NCBI GenBank assembly: GCA_964035545.1
Contig: CAXIUT010000183.1
Location: forward strand, 1,550,001-1,614,000
Direction: 5' to 3'
From: Bugula neritina
Taxonomy: Eukaryota; Animalia; Bryozoa
DNA length: 64,000 nucleotides
Shown: piece after piece, positions 49,141 through 63,807 of the stretch
Layout of the letters: every line of letters starts with the position of its first letter
How positions within the stretch are numbered: the stretch's first letter is position 1
Program-made: the position numbers and the translations under genes
Notes under the pieces: model-generated
The model's database searches: none
The model's input: only the letters and a program-made list of their open reading frames with translations
What the model was told of the DNA's origin: nothing

Positions 49141-51403
49141 TGAAATATACTGTAACACACTGAAATATACTGCAACATACTGAAATACACTGTAACATAC
49201 TGAAATATACTGCAACATACTGAAATACACTGCTACATACGGAAATATTCTGCAACATACTGCAACATACTGCAATATACTGTAACATACTGAAATACAC
49301 TGCAACATACTACAACATATTGAAATACACTGCAACACATTGAAATACACTGCAACTTACCGAATATATGGTAAACTACTGAAATATACTGTAACGCATT
49401 GAAAAATACTGCAACATACTGAAATATATTGCGACACATTGCAATATACTGTAACATACTGAAAAATGCTGTAGCACACTGAAATATACTGCAATTCACT
49501 GAAATATACTGCAACATACTGAAATACACCGCAACATCCTACAACATACTGAAATACACTGTAACATATTGAAATACACTGCAACAGATTGAAATATACT
49601 GCAACATAACGAAACATATGGTAAACTACTGAAATAAATTTTAACACATTGGAAAATACTGCAACATACTGAAATATATTATAACACATTGAAAAATACT
49701 GCAACATACTGAAGTATACTGTAACACACTGAAGTACACTGCAACTCACTGAAATATACTGCAACATACTGAAATACACTGCTACATACTGAAATATACT
49801 GCAACATACTGCAACATACTGAAATACACTGCAACATACTACAACATACTGAAATACACTGCAACACATTGCAATATACTGCAACATACCTAAATATACG
49901 GTAATCTACCGAAATATACTGTAACGCATTGCAAAAGACTGCAACATACTGAAATACACTGCGACACACTGAAGTACGCTGCAAAATACTACAACATACT
50001 GAAATAAACTGTAACATATTGAAATACACTGCAATACATTGATAAACAATGCAATATACTGAAATATACTGTAACACACTGAAATATACTGCAACATACT
50101 GAAATACACTGTAACATACTGAAATATACTGCAACGTACTGAAATACACTGCTACATACTGAAATATACTGTAACATACTGCAACATACTGAAATACACT
50201 GTAACATACTGAGATACACTGCAACATACTACAACATATTGAAATACACTGCAACACATTGAAATATACTGCAGCATAACGAAATATATGGTAAACTAAT
50301 GAAATATATTTTAACACATTGAAAAATACTGCAACATACTGAAATATACTGCGACACCTAGCAATATACTGTAACATACTGAAATATGCTCTAGCACACT
50401 GAAATACAATGCAACTCACTGAAATATACTGCAACATACTGAAATACACTGCAACATCCTACAACATGCAGAAATACACTGTAACATATTGAAATACACT
50501 GCAACACTTTGAAACATACTGCAACATACTGAAATATATGGTAAACTACTGCAACATACTACAACATATTGAAATACACTGCAACACATTGAAATATACT
50601 GCAACATACCTAAATATACGGTAATATACTGAAATTCACTGTAACGCATTGCAAAATACTGCAACATACTGAAATTCACTGTGACACACTGAAATACGCT
50701 GCAAAATACTACAACATACTGAAATAAACTGTAACATATTGAAATACACTACAACACATTGAAAATTACTGCAACATACTGAAATATACTGTAACACACT
50801 GAAATATACTGCAACATACTGAAATACACTGTAACATACTGAAATATACTGCAACATACTGAAATACACTGCTACATACGGAAATATTCTGCAACATACT
50901 GCAACATACTGCAATACACTGTAACATACTGAAACACACTGCAACATACTACAACATATTGAAATACACTGCAACACATTGAAATACACTGCAACTTACC
51001 GAATATATGGTAAACTACTGAAATATACTGTAACGCATTGAAAAATACTGCAACATACTGAAATATATTGCGACACATTGCAATATACTGTAACATACTG
51101 AAAAATGCTGTAGCACACTGAAATATACTGCAAGTCACTGAAATATACTGCAACATACTGAAATACACCGCAACATCCTACAACATACTGAAATACACTG
51201 TAACATATTGAAATACACTGCAACACATTGAAATATACTGCAACATAACGAAACATATGGTAAACTACTGAAATAAATTTTAACACATTGAAAAATACTG
51301 CAACATACTGAAATATATTATAACACATTGAAAAATACTGCAACATACTGAAGTATACTGTAACACACTGAAGTACACTGCAACTCACTGAAATATACTG
51401 CAA
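48111..51403. repeat. 1639-bp tandem repeat, two copies (recopied at ~55.9-59.2 kb and partly at ~60.3-62.8 kb)
   Basis: ORF pairs 48267/49906, 48777/50416 and 49357/50996 differ by 1639, as do 56091/57730 and 56601/58240. Confidence 0.9.
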
Positions 51404-54400
51404 TATACAGAAATACACTGCAACATCCTACAAAATGCTGAAATACACTGTAACATATTGAAATACACTGCAACATATTGAAATATACTGCAACATACCC
51501 AAATATATGGTAAACTACTGAAATATACTGTAACACATTGACAAATACTGCAACATACTGAAATATACTGCAACATACCTAAATATACGGTAATATACTG
51601 AAATATACTGTAACACACCGAAATATACTGCAACATACTGAATTACCCTGCTACATACTGAAATATACTGCAACATACTGCAACATACTGAAATACACTG
51701 TAACATACTGAAATAAACTGCAACATACTACAACATATTGAAATACACTGCAACACATTGAAGTATACCGCAACATACCTAAATATACGGTAATATACTG
51801 AAATATACTGTAACACATTGAAAAAACTGCAACATACTGAAATACACTGCAACACACTGAAATACACCGCAAAAAACTACAATATACTGAAATACACTGT
51901 AACATATTGAAATCCACTGCAACACATTGAAATATACTGCAACATACCGAAATATATGGTAAACTAATGAAATATACTGTAACACATTGAAAAATACCGC
52001 AACATACTGAAATATACTGCGACACATTGCAATATACTGTAACATATTGAAATATGCTGTAGCACACTGAAATACACTGCAACATCCTACAACATACTGA
52101 AATACACTGTAACATATTGAAATACACTCCAAGAAATTGAAATAGACTGCAACATAACAAAATATATGGTAAACTACTGAAATATACTTTAACACATTGA
52201 AAAATACTGCAACATACAGAAATATACTGTAACACACTGAAATATACTGCAACATACTGAAATACACTGCTACATACTGAAATATACTGCAACATACTGC
52301 AACAAACTGCAACATACTGAAATACACTGTAACATATTGAAGTACACTGCAACACATTGAAATATACTGCAACATACCAAAATATATGGTAAACAACTGA
52401 AATATACTTTAACACATTGAAAAATACTGCAACATACTGAAATATACTGCGACACTTTGCAATATACTGTAACATACCGAAATATGCTCTAGCGCACTGA
52501 AATACACTGCAACTCACTGAAATATATTGCAACATACTGAAATACACTGTGACATCCTGAAATATACTGCAACATACTGAAATACACTGCTACATACTGA
52601 AATATACTGCAACATACTGCAACATACTGAAATACACTGCAACAAACTACAACATACTGAAATACACTGCGACACATTGAAATATACTGCAACATACCTA
52701 AATATACGGTAATCTACCGAAATATACTGTAACGCATTGCAAAACACTGCAACATACTGAAATATACTGCGACACCTAGCAATATACTGTAACATACTGA
52801 AATATGCTCTAGCACACTGAAATACAATGCAACTCACTGAAATATACTGCAACATACTGAAACACACTGCAACATCCTACAACATGCAGAAATACACTGT
52901 AACATATTGAAATACACTGCAACACTTTGAAACATACTGCAACATACCGAAATATATGGTAAACTACTGCAACATACTACAACATATTGAAATACACTGC
53001 AACACATTGAAATATACTGCAACATACCTAAATATACGGTAATATACTGAAATTCACTATAACGCATTGCAAAATACTGCAACATACTGAAATTCACTGT
53101 GACACACTGAAATACGCTGCAAAATACTACAACATACTGAAATAAACTGTAACATATTGAAATACACTACAACACATATAAAAATACTGCAACATACTGA
53201 AATATACTGTAACACACTGAAATATACTGCAACATACTGAAATACACTGTAACATACTGAAATATACTGCAACATACTGAAATACACTGCTACATACTGA
53301 AATATTCTGCAACATACTGCAACATACTGCAATACACTGTAACATACTGAAACACACTGCAACATACTACAACATATTGAAATACACTGCAACACATTGA
53401 AATACACTGCAACTTACCGAATATATGGTAAACTACTGAAATATACTGTAACGCATTGAATAATACTGCAACATACTGAAATATATTGCGACACATTGCA
53501 ATATACTGTAACATACTGAAAAATGCTGTAGCACACTGAAATATACTGCAATTCACTGAAATATACTGCAACATACTGAAATACACCGCAACATCCTACA
53601 ACATACTGAAATACACTGTAACATATTGAAATACACTGCAACACATTGAAATATACTGCAACATAACGAAACATATGGTAAACTACTGAAATAAATTTTA
53701 ACACATTGAAAAATACTGCAACATACTGAAATATATTATAACACATTGAAAAATACTGCAACATACTGAAGTATACTGTAACACACTGAAGTACACTGCA
53801 ACTCACTGAAATATACTGCAATATACAGAAATACACTGCAACATCCTACAAAATGCTGAAATACACTGTAACATATTGAAATACACTGCAACACATTGAA
53901 ATATACTGCAACATACCCAAATATATGGTAAACTACTGAAATATACTGTAACACATTGACAAATACTGCAACATACTGAAATATACTGCAACATACCTAA
54001 ATATACGGTAATATACTGAAATATACTGTAACACACCGAAATATACTGCAACATACTGAAATACACTGTAACATACTGAAATATACTGCAACATACTGAA
54101 TTACACTGCTACATACTGAAATATACTGCAACATACTGCAACATACTGAAATACACTGTAACATACTGAAATAAACTGCAACATACTACAACATATTGAA
54201 ATACACTGCAACACATTGAAGTATACCGCAACATACCTAAATATACGGTAATATACTGAAATATACTGTAACACATTGAAAAAACTGCAACATACTGAAA
54301 TACACTGCAACACACTGAAATACACCGCAAAAAACTACAATATACTGAAATACACTGTAACATATTGAAATCCACTGCAACACATTGAAATATACTGCAA

Positions 54401-55130
54401 CATACCGAAATATATGGTAAACTAATGAAATATACTGTAACACATTGAAAAATACCGCAACATACTGAAATATACTGCGACACATTGCAATATACTGTAA
54501 CATATTGAAATATGCTGTAGCACACTGAAATACACTGCAACATCCTACAACATACTGAAATACACTGTAACATATTGAAATACACTGCAAGAAATTGAAA
54601 TAGACTGCAACATAACAAAATATATGGTAAACTACTGAAATATACTTTAACACATTGAAAAATACTGCAACATACAGAAATATACTGTAACACACTGAAA
54701 TATACTGCAACATACTGAAATACACTGCTACATACTGAAATATACTGCAACATACTGCAACAAACTGCAACATACTGAAATACACTGTAACATATTGAAG
54801 TACACTGCAACACATTGAAATATACTGCAACATACCAAAATATATGGTAAACAACTGAAATATACTTTAACACATTGAAAAATACTGCAACATACTGAAA
54901 TATACTGCGACACTTTGCAATATACTGTAACATACCGAAATATGCTCTAGCGCACTGAAATACACTGCAACTCACTGAAATATATTGCAACATACTGAAA
55001 TACACTGTGACATCCTGAAATATACTGCAACATACTGAAATACACTGCTACATACTGAAATATACTGCAACATACTGCAACATACTGAAATACACTGCAA
55101 CAAACTACAACATACTGAAATACACTGCAA
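50320..55130. repeat. ~2.42-2.46-kb tandem duplication (offset 2418, then 2458 after a 40-bp deletion near 51630)
   Basis: ORF pairs 50416/52834 and 50996/53414 differ by 2418. Pairs 51651/54109 and 52270/54728 differ by 2458. Confidence 0.85.
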
Positions 55131-56050
55131 CACATTGAAGTATACTGCAACATACCTAAATATACGGTAATATACTGAAATATACTGTAACACATTGAAA
55201 AAACTGCAACATACTGAAATACACTGCAACACACTGAAATACACCGCAAAAAACTACAATATACTGAAATACACTGTAACATATTGAAATCCACTGCAAC
55301 ACATTGAAATATACTGCAACATACCGAAATATATGGTAAACTAATGAAATATACTGTAACACATTGAAAAATACCGCAACATACTGAAATATACTGCGAC
55401 AGATTGCAATATACTGTAACATATTGAAATATGCTGTAGCACACTGAAATACACTGCAACATCCTACAACATACTGAAATACACTGTAACATATTGAAAT
55501 ACACTGCAAGAAATTGAAATAGACTGCAAAATAACAAAATATATGGTAAACTACTGAAATATACTTTACCACATTGAAAAATACTGCAACATACAGAAAT
55601 ATACTGTAACACACTGAAATATACTGCAACATACTGAAATACACTGCTAAATACTGAAATATACTGCAACATACTGCAACAAACTGCAACATACTGAAAT
55701 ACACTGTAACATATTGAAGTACACTGCAACACATTGAAATATACTGCAACATACCAAAATATATGGTAAACAACTGAAATATACTTTAACACATTGAAAA
55801 ATACTGCAACATACTGAAATATACTGCGACACTTTGCAATATACTGTAACATACCGAAATATGCTCTAGCGCACTGAAATACACTGCAACTCACTGAAAT
55901 ATATTGCAACATACTGAAATACACTGTGACATCCTGAAATATACTGCAACATACTGAAATACACTGCTACATACTGAAATATACTGCAACATACTGCAAC
56001 ATACTGAAATACACTGCAACATACTACAACATACTGAAATACACTGCAAC
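54210..56050. repeat. 919-bp-offset tandem repeat spanning a junction between two variant lineages
   Basis: ORFs 54237/55156 and 54728/55647 differ by 919. The copies differ at diagnostic variants (gacacattgc vs gacagattgc; tttaaca vs tttacca). Confidence 0.82.
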
Positions 56051-56700
56051 ACATTGAAATATACTGCAACATACCTAAATATACGGTAATCTACCGAAAT
56101 ATACTGTAACGCATTGCAAAATACTGCAACATACTGAAATACACTGCGACACACTGAAGTACGCTGCAAAATACTACAACATACTGAAATAAACTGTAAC
56201 ATATTGAAATACACTGCAATACATTGATAAATAATGCAATATACTGAAATATACTGTAACACACTGAAATATACTGCAACATACTGAAATACACTGTAAC
56301 ATACTGAAATATACTGCAACGTACTGAAATACACTGCTACATACTGAAATATACTGTAACATACTGCAACATACTGAAATACACTGTAACATACTGAGAT
56401 ACACTGCAACATACTACAACATATTGAAATACACTGCAACACATTGAAATATACTGCAGCATAACGAAATATATGGTAAACTAATGAAATATATTTTAAC
56501 ACATTGAGAAATACTGCAACATACTGAAATATACTGCGGCACCTAGCAATATACTGTAACATACTGAAATATGCTCTAGCACACTGAAATACAATGCAAC
56601 TCACTGAAATATACTGCAACATACTGAAATACACTGCAACATCCTACAACATGCTGAAATACACTGTAACATATTGAAATACACTGCAACACTTTGAAAC

Positions 56701-59700
56701 ATACTGCAACATACCGAAATATATGGTAAACTACTGCAACATACTACAACATATTGAAATACACTGCAACACATTGAAATATACTGCAACATACCTAAAT
56801 ATACGGTAATATACTGAAATTCACTGTAACGCATTGCAAAATACTGCAACATACTGAAATTCACTGTGACACACTGAAATACGCTGCAAAATACTACAAC
56901 ATACTGAAATAAACTGTAACATATTGAAATACACTACAACACATTGAAAAATACTGCAACATACTGAAATATACTGTAACACACTGAAATATACTGCAAC
57001 ATACTGAAATACACTGTAACATACTGAAATATACTGCAACATACTGAAATACACTGCTACATACGGAAATATTCTGCAACATACTGCAACATACTGCAAT
57101 ATACTGTAACATACTGAAATACACTGCAACATACTACAACATATTGAAATACACTGCAACACATTGAAATACACTGCAACTTACCGAATATATGGTAAAC
57201 TACTGAAATATACTGTAACGCATTGAAAAATACTGCAACATACTGAAATATATTGCGACACATTGCAATATACTGTAACATACTGAAAAATGCTGTAGCA
57301 CACTGAAATATACTGCAATTCACTGAAATATACTGCAACATACTGAAATACACCGCAACATCCTACAACATACTGAAATACACTGTAACATATTGAAATA
57401 CACTGCAACACATTGAAATATACTGCAACATAACGAAACATATGGTAAACTACTGAAATAAATTTTAACACATTGGAAAATACTGCAACATACTGAAATA
57501 TATTATAACACATTGAAAAATACTGCAACATACTGAAGTATACTGTAACACACTGAAGTACACTGCAACTCACTGAAATATACTGCAACATACTGAAATA
57601 AACTGCTACATACTGAAATATACTGCAACATACTGCAACATACTGAAATACACTGCAACATACTACAACATACTGAAATACACTGCAACACATTGCAATA
57701 TACTGCAACATACCTAAATATACGGTAATCTACCGAAATATACTGTAACGCATTGCAAAATACTGCAACATACTGAAATACACTGCGACACACTGAAGTA
57801 CGCTGCAAAATACTACAACATACTGAAATAAACTGTAACATATTGAAATACACTGCAATACATTGATAAATAATGCAATATACTGAAATATACTGTAACA
57901 CACTGAAATATACTGCAACATACTGAAATACACTGTAACATACTGAAATATACTGCAACGTACTGAAATACACTGCTACATACTGAAATATACTGTAACA
58001 TACTGCAACATACTGAAATACACTGTAACATACTGAGATACACTGCAACATACTACAACATATTGAAATACACTGCAACACATTGAAATATACTGCAGCA
58101 TAACGAAATATATGGTAAACTAATGAAATATATTTTAACACATTGAAAAATACTGCAACATACTGAAATATACTGCGACACCTAGCAATATACTGTAACA
58201 TACTGAAATATGCTCTAGCACACTGAAATACAATGCAACTCACTGAAATATACTGCAACATACTGAAATACACTGCAACATCCTACAACATGCAGAAATA
58301 CACTGTAACATATTGAAATACACTGCAACACTTTGAAACATACTGCAACATACTGAAATATATGGTAAACTACTGCAACATACTACAACATATTGAAATA
58401 CACTGCAACACATTGAAATATACTGCAACATACCTAAATATACGGTAATATACTGAAATTCACTGTAACGCATTGCAAAATACTGCAACATACTGAAATT
58501 CACTGTGACACACTGAAATACGCTGCAAAATACTACAACATACTGAAATAAACTGTAACATATTGAAATACACTACAACACATTGAAAATTACTGCAACA
58601 TACTGAAATATACTGTAACACACTGAAATATACTGCAACATACTGAAATACACTGTAACATACTGAAATATACTGCAACATACTGAAATACACTGCTACA
58701 TACGGAAATATTCTGCAACATACTGCAACATACTGCAATACACTGTAACATACTGAAACACACTGCAACATACTACAACATATTGAAATACACTGCAACA
58801 CATTGAAATACACTGCAACTTACCGAATATATGGTAAACTACTGAAATATACTGTAACGCATTGAAAAATACTGCAACATACTGAAATATATTGCGACAC
58901 ATTGCAATATACTGTAACATACTGAAAAATGCTGTAGCACACTGAAATATACTGCAATTCACTGAAATATACTGCAACATACTGAAATACACCGCAACAT
59001 CCTACAACATACTGAAATACACTGTAACATATTGAAATACACTGCAACACATTGAAATATACTGCAACATAACGAAACATATGGTAAACTACTGAAATAA
59101 ATTTTAACACATTGAAAAATACTGCAACATACTGAAATATATTATAACACATTGAAAAATACTGCAACATACTGAAGTATACTGTAACACACTGAAGTAC
59201 ACTGCAACTCACTGAAATATACTGCAATATACAGAAATACACTGCAACATCCTACAAAATGCTGAAATACACTGTAACATATTGAAATACACTGCAACAC
59301 ATTGAAATATACTGCAACATACCCAAATATATGGTAAACTACTGAAATATACTGTAACACATTGACAAATACTGCAACATACTGAAATATACTGCAACAT
59401 ACCTAAATATACGGTAATATACTGAAATATACTGTAACACACCGAAATATACTGCAACATACTGAATTACCCTGCTACATACTGAAATATACTGCAACAT
59501 ACTGCAACATACTGAAATACACTGTAACATACTGAAATAAACTGCAACATACTACAACATATTGAAATACACTGCAACACATTGAAGTATACCGCAACAT
59601 ACCTAAATATACGGTAATATACTGAAATATACTGTAACACATTGAAAAAACTGCAACATACTGAAATACACTGCAACACACTGAAATACACCGCAAAAAA

Positions 59701-62700
59701 CTACAATATACTGAAATACACTGTAACATATTGAAATCCACTGCAACACATTGAAATATACTGCAACATACCGAAATATATGGTAAACTAATGAAATATA
59801 CTGTAACACATTGAAAAATACCTCAACATACTGAAATATACTGCGACACATTGCAATATACTGTAACATATTGAAATATGCTGTAGCACACTGAAATACA
59901 CTGCAACATCCTACAACATACTGAAATACACTGTAACATATTGAAATACACTCCAAGAAATTGAAATAGACTGCAACATAACAAAATATATGGTAAACTA
60001 CTGAAATATACTTTAACACATTGAAAAATACTGCAACATACAGAAATATACTGTAACACACTGAAATATACTGCAACATACTGAAATACACTGCTACATA
60101 CTGAAATATACTGCAACATACTGCAACAAACTGCAACATACTGAAATACACTGTAACATATTGAAGTACACTGCAACACATTGAAATATACTGCAACATA
60201 CCAAAATATATGGTAAACAACTGAAATATACTTTAACACATTGAAAAATACTGCAACATACCGAAATATATGGTAAACTACTGCAACATACTACAACATA
60301 TTGAAATACACTGCAACACATTGAAATATACTGCAACATACCTAAATATACGGTAATATACTGAAATTCACTGTAACGCATTGCAAAATACTGCAACATA
60401 CTGAAATTCACTGTGACACACTGAAATACGCTGCAAAATACTACAACATACTGAAATAAACTGTAACATATTGAAATACACTACAACACATTGAAAAATA
60501 CTGCAACATACTGAAATATACTGTAACACACTGAAATATACTGCAACATACTGAAATACACTGTAACATACTGAAATATACTGCAACATACTGAAATACA
60601 CTGCTACATACGGAAATATTCTGCAACATACTGCAACATACTGCAATATACTGTAACATACTGAAATACACTGCAACATACTACAACATATTGAAATACA
60701 CTGCAACACATTGAAATACACTGCAACTTACCGAATATATGGTAAACTACTGAAATATACTGTAACGCATTGAAAAATACTGCAACATACTGAAATATAT
60801 TGCGACACATTGCAATATACTGTAACATACTGAAAAATGCTGTAGCACACTGAAATATACTGCAATTCACTGAAATATACTGCAACATACTGAAATACAC
60901 CGCAACATCCTACAACATACTGAAATACACTGTAACATATTGAAATACACTGCAACACATTGAAATATACTGCAACATAACGAAACATATGGTAAACTAC
61001 TGAAATAAATTTTAACACATTGGAAAATACTGCAACATACTGAAATATATTATAACACATTGAAAAATACTGCAACATACTGAAGTATACTGTAACACAC
61101 TGAAGTACACTGCAACTCACTGAAATATACTGCAACATACTGAAATAAACTGCTACATACTGAAATATACTGCAACATACTGCAACATACTGAAATACAC
61201 TGCAACATACTACAACATACTGAAATACACTGCAACACATTGCAATATACTGCAACATACCTAAATATACGGTAATCTACCGAAATATACTGTAACGCAT
61301 TGCAAAATACTGCAACATACTGAAATACACTGCGACACACTGAAGTACGCTGCAAAATACTACAACATACTGAAATAAACTGTAACATATTGAAATACAC
61401 TGCAATACATTGATAAATAATGCAATATACTGAAATATACTGTAACACACTGAAATATACTGCAACATACTGAAATACACTGTAACATACTGAAATATAC
61501 TGCAACGTACTGAAATACACTGCTACATACTGAAATATACTGTAACATACTGCAACATACTGAAATACACTGTAACATACTGAGATACACTGCAACATAC
61601 TACAACATATTGAAATACACTGCAACACATTGAAATATACTGCAGCATAACGAAATATATGGTAAACTAATGAAATATATTTTAACACATTGAAAAATAC
61701 TGCAACATACTGAAATATACTGCGACACCTAGCAATATACTGTAACATACTGAAATATGCTCTAGCACACTGAAATACAATGCAACTCACTGAAATATAC
61801 TGCAACATACTGAAATACACTGCAACATCCTACAACATGCAGAAATACACTGTAACATATTGAAATACACTGCAACACTTTGAAACATACTGCAACATAC
61901 TGAAATATATGGTAAACTACTGCAACATACTACAACATATTGAAATACACTGCAACACATTGAAATATACTGCAACATACCTAAATATACGGTAATATAC
62001 TGAAATTCACTGTAACGCATTGCAAAATACTGCAACATACTGAAATTCACTGTGACACACTGAAATACGCTGCAAAATACTACAACATACTGAAATAAAC
62101 TGTAACATATTGAAATACACTACAACACATTGAAAATTACTGCAACATACTGAAATATACTGTAACACACTGAAATATACTGCAACATACTGAAATACAC
62201 TGTAACATACTGAAATATACTGCAACATACTGAAATACACTGCTACATACGGAAATATTCTGCAACATACTGCAACATACTGCAATACACTGTAACATAC
62301 TGAAACACACTGCAACATACTACAACATATTGAAATACACTGCAACACATTGAAATACACTGCAACTTACCGAATATATGGTAAACTACTGAAATATACT
62401 GTAACGCATTGAAAAATACTGCAACATACTGAAATATATTGCGACACATTGCAATATACTGTAACATACTGAAAAATGCTGTAGCACACTGAAATATGCT
62501 GCAATTCACTGAAATATACTGCAACATACTGAAATACACCGCAACATCCTACAACATACTGAAATACACTGTAACATATTGAAATACACTGCAACACATT
62601 GAAATATACTGCAACATAACGAAACATATGGTAAACTACTGAAATAAATTTTAACACATTGAAAAATACTGCAACATACTGAAATATATTATAACACATT

Positions 62701-63807
62701 GAAAAATACTGCAACATACTGAAGTATACTGTAACACACTGAAGTACACTGCAACTCACTGAAATATACTGCAATATACAGAAATACACTGCAACATCCT
62801 ACAAAATGCTGAAATACACTGTAACATATTGAAATACACTGCAACACATTGAAATATACTGCAACATACCCAAATATATGGTAAACTACTGAAATATACT
62901 GTAACACATTGACAAATACTGCAACATACTGAAATATACTGCAACATACCTAAATATACGGTAATATACTGAAATATACTGTAACACACCGAAATATACT
63001 GCAACATACTGAATTACCCTGCTACATACTGAAATATACTGCAACATACTGCAACATACTGAAATACACTGTAACATACTGAAATAAACTGCAACATACT
63101 ACAACATATTGAAATACACTGCAACACATTGAAGTATACCGCAACATACCTAAATATACGGTAATATACTGAAATATACTGTAACACATTGAAAAAACTG
63201 CAACATACTGAAATACACTGCAACACACTGAAATACACCGCAAAAAACTACAATATACTGAAATACACTGTAACATATTGAAATCCACTGCAACACATTG
63301 AAATATACTGCAACATACCGAAATATATGGTAAACTAATGAAATATACTGTAACACATTGAAAAATACCTCAACATACTGAAATATACTGCGACACATTG
63401 CAATATACTGTAACATATTGAAATATGCTGTAGCACACTGAAATACACTGCAACATCCTACAACATACTGAAATACACTGTAACATATTGAAATACACTC
63501 CAAGAAATTGAAATAGACTGCAACATAACAAAATATATGGTAAACTACTGAAATATACTTTAACACATTGAAAAATACTGCAACATACAGAAATATACTG
63601 TAACACACTGAAATATACTGCAACATACTGAAATACACTGCTACATACTGAAATATACTGCAACATACTGCAACAAACTGCAACATACTGAAATACACTG
63701 TAACATATTGAAGTACACTGCAACACATTGAAATATACTGCAACATACCAAAATATATGGTAAACAACTGAAATATACTTTAACACATTGAAAAATACTG
63801 CAACATA
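56701..63807. repeat. Tandem 3547-bp duplication (56701-60247 / 60248-63800), nearly identical copies
   Basis: ORF pairs 56821/60368, 57503/61050, 58460/62007 and 59603/63150 differ by 3547. The variants aatacctcaac (~59820/63367) and aataaactgcta (~57600/61147) occur only in these two copies. Confidence 0.93.

Larger units (their letters stand above)
47300..60260. repeat. ~5.1-kb duplication: ~47300-52436 repeated at ~55125-60260 (offset 7824)
   Basis: ORF pairs 47332/55156, 48067/55891, 49679/57503, 50996/58820 and 51643/59467 all differ by 7824. Shared variants include cattggaaaat, gaaaattact and aattaccctg. Confidence 0.92.
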
